A stretch of DNA of 64,000 nt from Eledone cirrhosa (taxonomy: Eukaryota). Positions 63,991 to 64,000 of this stretch are shown here, piece after piece. The stretch spans positions 59,768,001 through 59,832,000 of the forward strand of contig OZ024747.1 of the NCBI GenBank assembly GCA_964016885.1, given 5' to 3'. The translations under genes were made by a program, and so were the position numbers. The notes beneath the pieces are model-generated. The model was not told the DNA's origin and ran no database searches. It saw only the letters and a list, made by a program, of their open reading frames with translations. Position 1 is the first letter of the stretch; each line of letters opens with the position of its first letter.

Positions 63991-64000
63991 AAGTTATGCT

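Overview
Animal (non-prokaryotic) AT-rich genomic DNA. The SINE, RTE and microsatellite make-up suggests a cephalopod, probably an octopus; this is inference. The window is mostly intron of one + strand host gene, cytosolic carboxypeptidase 6 (AGBL4/CCP6). Two of its coding exons are recognisable (36257-36382 and 49917-50041); the start exon and later exons were not found. The introns are packed with mobile DNA: a decayed Penelope-like element (PLE) with an inverted terminal repeat, several RTE LINEs (one with about 750 uninterrupted codons and a PHD-like finger inside the RT), an R4/Dong-like LINE, CRE-like fragments, maT (DD37D) and mariner relics, a Chapaev3 transposon, TTAA (piggyBac-type) MITEs and two SINE families. 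Three things stand out. (1) Six or seven hammerhead-ribozyme motifs, most in short structured islands inserted in or next to microsatellites (PLE terminal-repeat or retrozyme-like). (2) A 48-bp stem-loop module of the RTE 3'UTR, present at about 2-3, 8, 10 and 83 copies in different insertions, which looks like a satellite arising from a LINE tail. (3) A 6-kb array of a 41-bp unit with a 60-unit higher-order duplication. Most long ORFs in the supplied track are translations of repeats. All family calls come from motif recognition by eye, not database searches.
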